In this document: positions 61,414-64,000 of the stretch, piece by piece
Numbering within the stretch: position 1 is the stretch's first letter
Layout of the letters: every line of letters starts with the position of its first letter
Source: Myxococcota bacterium
GTDB lineage: Bacteria > Myxococcota > Myxococcia > Myxococcales > Myxococcaceae
NCBI GenBank assembly: GCA_049322255.1
Contig: JBMORE010000149.1
Coordinates: 1-64,000, forward strand
Direction of reading: 5' to 3'
Length of the DNA: 64,000 bases
Made by a program: the position numbers and the translations under genes
The notes under the pieces: model-generated
The model's database searches: none
Told to the model about the DNA's origin: nothing
The model's input: only the letters and a program-made list of their open reading frames with translations

Positions 61414-61740
61414 TCAGCGCTGGCAGCTGGTGCAGCTGTCGTTGAACTGGGCGCAATTTTCCTGAGAGGCGACGCAGCGATTTTGCATGTCGGCCCGGTC
61501 GGCATGGCGGCCGGCGATGTCGCAGACCTTGGTGCGCAGGTCACACACCTGAGAAGCCATGGAGCACCAGTCGCTGCACGAGGGCTCCTGGGCCTTGGCG
61601 CGGGCGTTCAGCTCTTCGAGCTTGGCGGCGTGCTGGTCCATCTGCTCATCGTCGCTCCCGGCCACGGTGGTGGGGACGTTCTTGGGGCAGCCGAGGAAAG
61701 CCAGGGCGGCGAAGGCAGCGGTCAGGAGAAGTCGGTTCAT
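61414..61740 (-). CDS. Small Cys-rich lipoprotein
   Basis: Lipobox FLGC; eight further Cys in a helical pattern. Confidence 0.8.
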   Translation of the reverse strand: MNRLLLTAAFAALAFLGCPKNVPTTVAGSDDEQMDQHAAKLEELNARAKAQEPSCSDWCSMASQVCDLRTKVCDIAGRHADRADMQNRCVASQENCAQFNDSCTSCQR

Positions 61741-61786
61741 GAGGAGGGCTTATTTCGTAAGACGCAGGCCTCGTCCAGTGGCAGCG

Positions 61787-62293
61787 TCACCGGGGCACGA
61801 AGCGTCGCGCAGGGGGCCTGGGCGTGTCGGATCCTTGCCGGTCCAAATAGAAGTAGGCGGAGAGGGCGACGATGAGCACCACCAGGGCGCGGCGAATCCA
61901 CGTCTCGCGGCGGCGGGAAGGAGAGCTCTCCTCCTCCCGTTCGGCCTCCTCCATGCGCTGACGGAGCATCGGTCCCACCTCGCGCAGACGGGTCAAGGGA
62001 GCGACGAGCTCGGGCGGCGCGGGCGTGGACGTGGCGCTCCCCTCGAGGGCGAAGGCGAGACGGGCACCCAGTGCCTCCTCCTCTTCGCGAGGGAGCGGGG
62101 CAGGCGTCTGTGCGTACGCGCGCGCCGCGCGGAGGGTCATCACGTCGAGCGCCGGCAGGGTGACGCCATAGAAGCGGGCGCACGCCTCGCGGTTCATCCC
62201 CTGCACTTGGCGCAGGTAGAGCACCTGGGCGCTGCGGGGCGGCAGCGCCTGGAGGCGGAGGCGAATGCGTTCGATTTCTTCAGGCGTCGTCAT
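61787..62293 (-). CDS. Sigma-70 region-4-like HTH protein with C-terminal TM helix
   Basis: LQALPPRSAQVLYLRQVQGMNREACARFYGVTLPALDVMTLRA; C-terminal ALVVLIVALSAYFYL; ATG 62293. Confidence 0.65.
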   Translation of the reverse strand: MTTPEEIERIRLRLQALPPRSAQVLYLRQVQGMNREACARFYGVTLPALDVMTLRAARAYAQTPAPLPREEEEALGARLAFALEGSATSTPAPPELVAPLTRLREVGPMLRQRMEEAEREEESSPSRRRETWIRRALVVLIVALSAYFYLDRQGSDTPRPPARRFVPR

Positions 62294-62347
62294 CTTTGAT
62301 TCAAACGCCTTCCTATCATCGGTCGTTTTCTTGAGCGCGCCTGGTTC

Positions 62348-63475
62348 GTGGGTACTGTGGCGCCCGTGCTGCGCGTGGCGCTGCTTTGGGCGGTGGGCCT
62401 CTCCGTTCCCGCGGAAGCGGTGGAGACGATGCGCATCGCCATGGGCAGGCAGTCGCGAGCGGTGGTGCTCTTGGCGAAGGGTTTGGCGTTCGGGGCCGAC
62501 GCGGAGGACACGGCTTTCAAGCCCCTGGGGGCGGGGCGGGCCACGGTGCGCCTGGAGCGGGGGCGGCTGACGCTCGACGGGGTGGCGCTGGTGGAGCGCT
62601 CGGTGCGTTTTCGCGCAGGAGCGTGGGCGCTCGATGCAGGCGTGCCGGGCGAAGAGCCGATTCGGGTAGGCGAGCATACGGTGCGGGGCGACGTGGTGGT
62701 GCAGGTGGAGCGGGGCGCGCTCCAGTTGGTGAATGTGATTGCCCTCGAAGACTACTTGGTAGGTGTCTTGGGCTCGGAGATGCCCAAGACGTTTCCTCCC
62801 GAGGCGCTCAAGGCGCAGGCGGTGGCCGCGCGCACGTACGCCTTGCATAGAAAGCTCGAGGCGCTGGGGCAGCCCTACCATTTGGGCAGCGGGGTGCTGA
62901 GCCAGGTCTACGGAGGGCTGGCCGCGGAGGACCCACGAACGCGCGCCGCGGTGGAGGCCACGCGCGGGCAAGTGCTCACCTACGAGTTGGAGCCGGTCGA
63001 GGCCTACTTCCACGCCTCCTGCGGCGGCCGCACCGAGAGCGGCTTTTCGGCGCTCGCGCGGGACCTGCCTTACCTGCGCCCCGTGGACTGCCCGTGCGGA
63101 AAGCTGGCGGTGAGCAAGTGGGCGCTGACGCTCCCCGCCGAAGAGCTGCGCGCGGCGCTGGGCAAAGACGAGCCACCCTCGAAGCTCGAGGTGGTGGCCC
63201 GCTCGCCGACCGGGCGTGCAAGGCGCATCGCGGTGGGGCCCGATCGGGTGGTGGATGCGGTGGCCTTCCGCGAGCGGGTGGGCTACGCGAAGGTGAAGAG
63301 CCTGGCCTTCGACGTCGACGAGTCGGAGGGAAGGTACACCCTCACTGGGCGGGGGTTTGGACACGGCGCGGGGCTGTGCCAGTGGGGCGCCAAGGCGCTC
63401 GCCGAAGCGGGTTGGGACTACGGCCGCATCCTTCGGCACTACTACGTAGCCACCGAGCTTCAGGTCCTCTATTGA
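62348..63475 (+). CDS. SpoIID/LytB domain protein
   Basis: LEDYLVGVLGSEM, EALKAQAVAARTYA, SQVYGG, FHASCGGRTE, GFGHGAGLCQWGA, ILRHYY; start uncertain. Confidence 0.93.
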   Translation: MGTVAPVLRVALLWAVGLSVPAEAVETMRIAMGRQSRAVVLLAKGLAFGADAEDTAFKPLGAGRATVRLERGRLTLDGVALVERSVRFRAGAWALDAGVPGEEPIRVGEHTVRGDVVVQVERGALQLVNVIALEDYLVGVLGSEMPKTFPPEALKAQAVAARTYALHRKLEALGQPYHLGSGVLSQVYGGLAAEDPRTRAAVEATRGQVLTYELEPVEAYFHASCGGRTESGFSALARDLPYLRPVDCPCGKLAVSKWALTLPAEELRAALGKDEPPSKLEVVARSPTGRARRIAVGPDRVVDAVAFRERVGYAKVKSLAFDVDESEGRYTLTGRGFGHGAGLCQWGAKALAEAGWDYGRILRHYYVATELQVLY

Positions 63476-63481
63476 AGCTTC

Positions 63482-64000
63482 GTGCGCATCGAAGATTTCG
63501 ACTTCGAGCTGCCCGTCGAGCGAATCGCCCAGCGCCCGCTGCCCGCGCGGGACGCGTCGCGGCTGATGGTCGTCGAGCGCTCCACGGGGGAGCGTGCCCA
63601 CCGCCGCTTCTGTGAGCTTCCCTCGCTCCTTCGTCCCCAGGACCTGTTGGTGGTGAACGACTCGCGGGTCATTCCCGCGCGACTCTTGGGGAAAAAAGAA
63701 GGCTCGGGTGGAAAGGTCGAGCTGCTCTTGGTGAGGCCGGCGGGCGATTCGCCGACGTCGGTTGCCTTGGAGGCGGCCCAGGAGAGCGAGTGGATTTGTC
63801 TGGGGCAGGCGAGCAAGGGGCTCAAGGCGGGCACGCGCGTGGGGCTTTCGGGAATGCGCGCCGAAATCCTGGAGCACCGTGGAGAGGGAGAATACCGGGT
63901 GCGCTTTGTTGCCGACGCGCCGCGCTTCGCCGACGCCCTGGCGCGCTCGGGGAGGTTGCCCTTGCCGCCCTACATTCGTCGGGAGCCGAGCGCCGAGGAC
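63482..64000 (+). CDS. queA: S-adenosylmethionine:tRNA ribosyltransferase-isomerase (partial, runs off the window)
   Basis: GTG start; DFDFELPVERIAQRP, SRLMV, VVNDSRVIPARL, LPLPPYI. Confidence 0.95.
   Translation, partial: MRIEDFDFELPVERIAQRPLPARDASRLMVVERSTGERAHRRFCELPSLLRPQDLLVVNDSRVIPARLLGKKEGSGGKVELLLVRPAGDSPTSVALEAAQESEWICLGQASKGLKAGTRVGLSGMRAEILEHRGEGEYRVRFVADAPRFADALARSGRLPLPPYIRREPSAED

Noticed and set aside
62294..63877. 696-aa minus-strand ORF
   Set aside because: Only the last 168 codons look like a real protein; the rest is antisense to spoIID and queA.

Overview
High-GC myxobacterial chromosome segment. The 16S V1 sequence (GCGAATGGAGCAATCCTAGTAGAGCGG), a MYXO-CTERM protein, DUF4388 proteins and a Pkn-type kinase point to Myxococcales, Cystobacterineae-like. 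Most of the window is core backbone. In order: mazG; phoH, 7TM-HD, ybeY; prfB with its programmed +1 frameshift; an ECF sigma/anti-sigma pair; lysS; a large envelope cluster (lolC/E, lolD, bamA, skp, lpxD, fabZ, lpxA, lpxI, lpxB, msbA-like, waaA, GT4, lpxK, hldA-like, hldC-like, Trm112-like); yicC-gmk; a complete rrn operon (16S, tRNA-Ile, tRNA-Ala, 23S, 5S); a Ser/Thr kinase; two different KamA-family radical SAM genes; spoIID-like; and the 5' part of queA. Small accessory insertions and gene remnants sit between the core genes. I saw no CRISPR array, transposase, integrase or phage genes. The best candidate for an undescribed system is a divergent pair encoding a signal-less DUF885 metallopeptidase-like protein and a circularly permuted ATP-grasp ligase (30472-33678). 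Other leads are the paired aminomutases, a shared sigma54-like motif upstream of two exported-protein genes, a DnaA-box cluster at the left edge, and several unusual domain fusions. All calls come from motif recognition by eye; no database searches were run.
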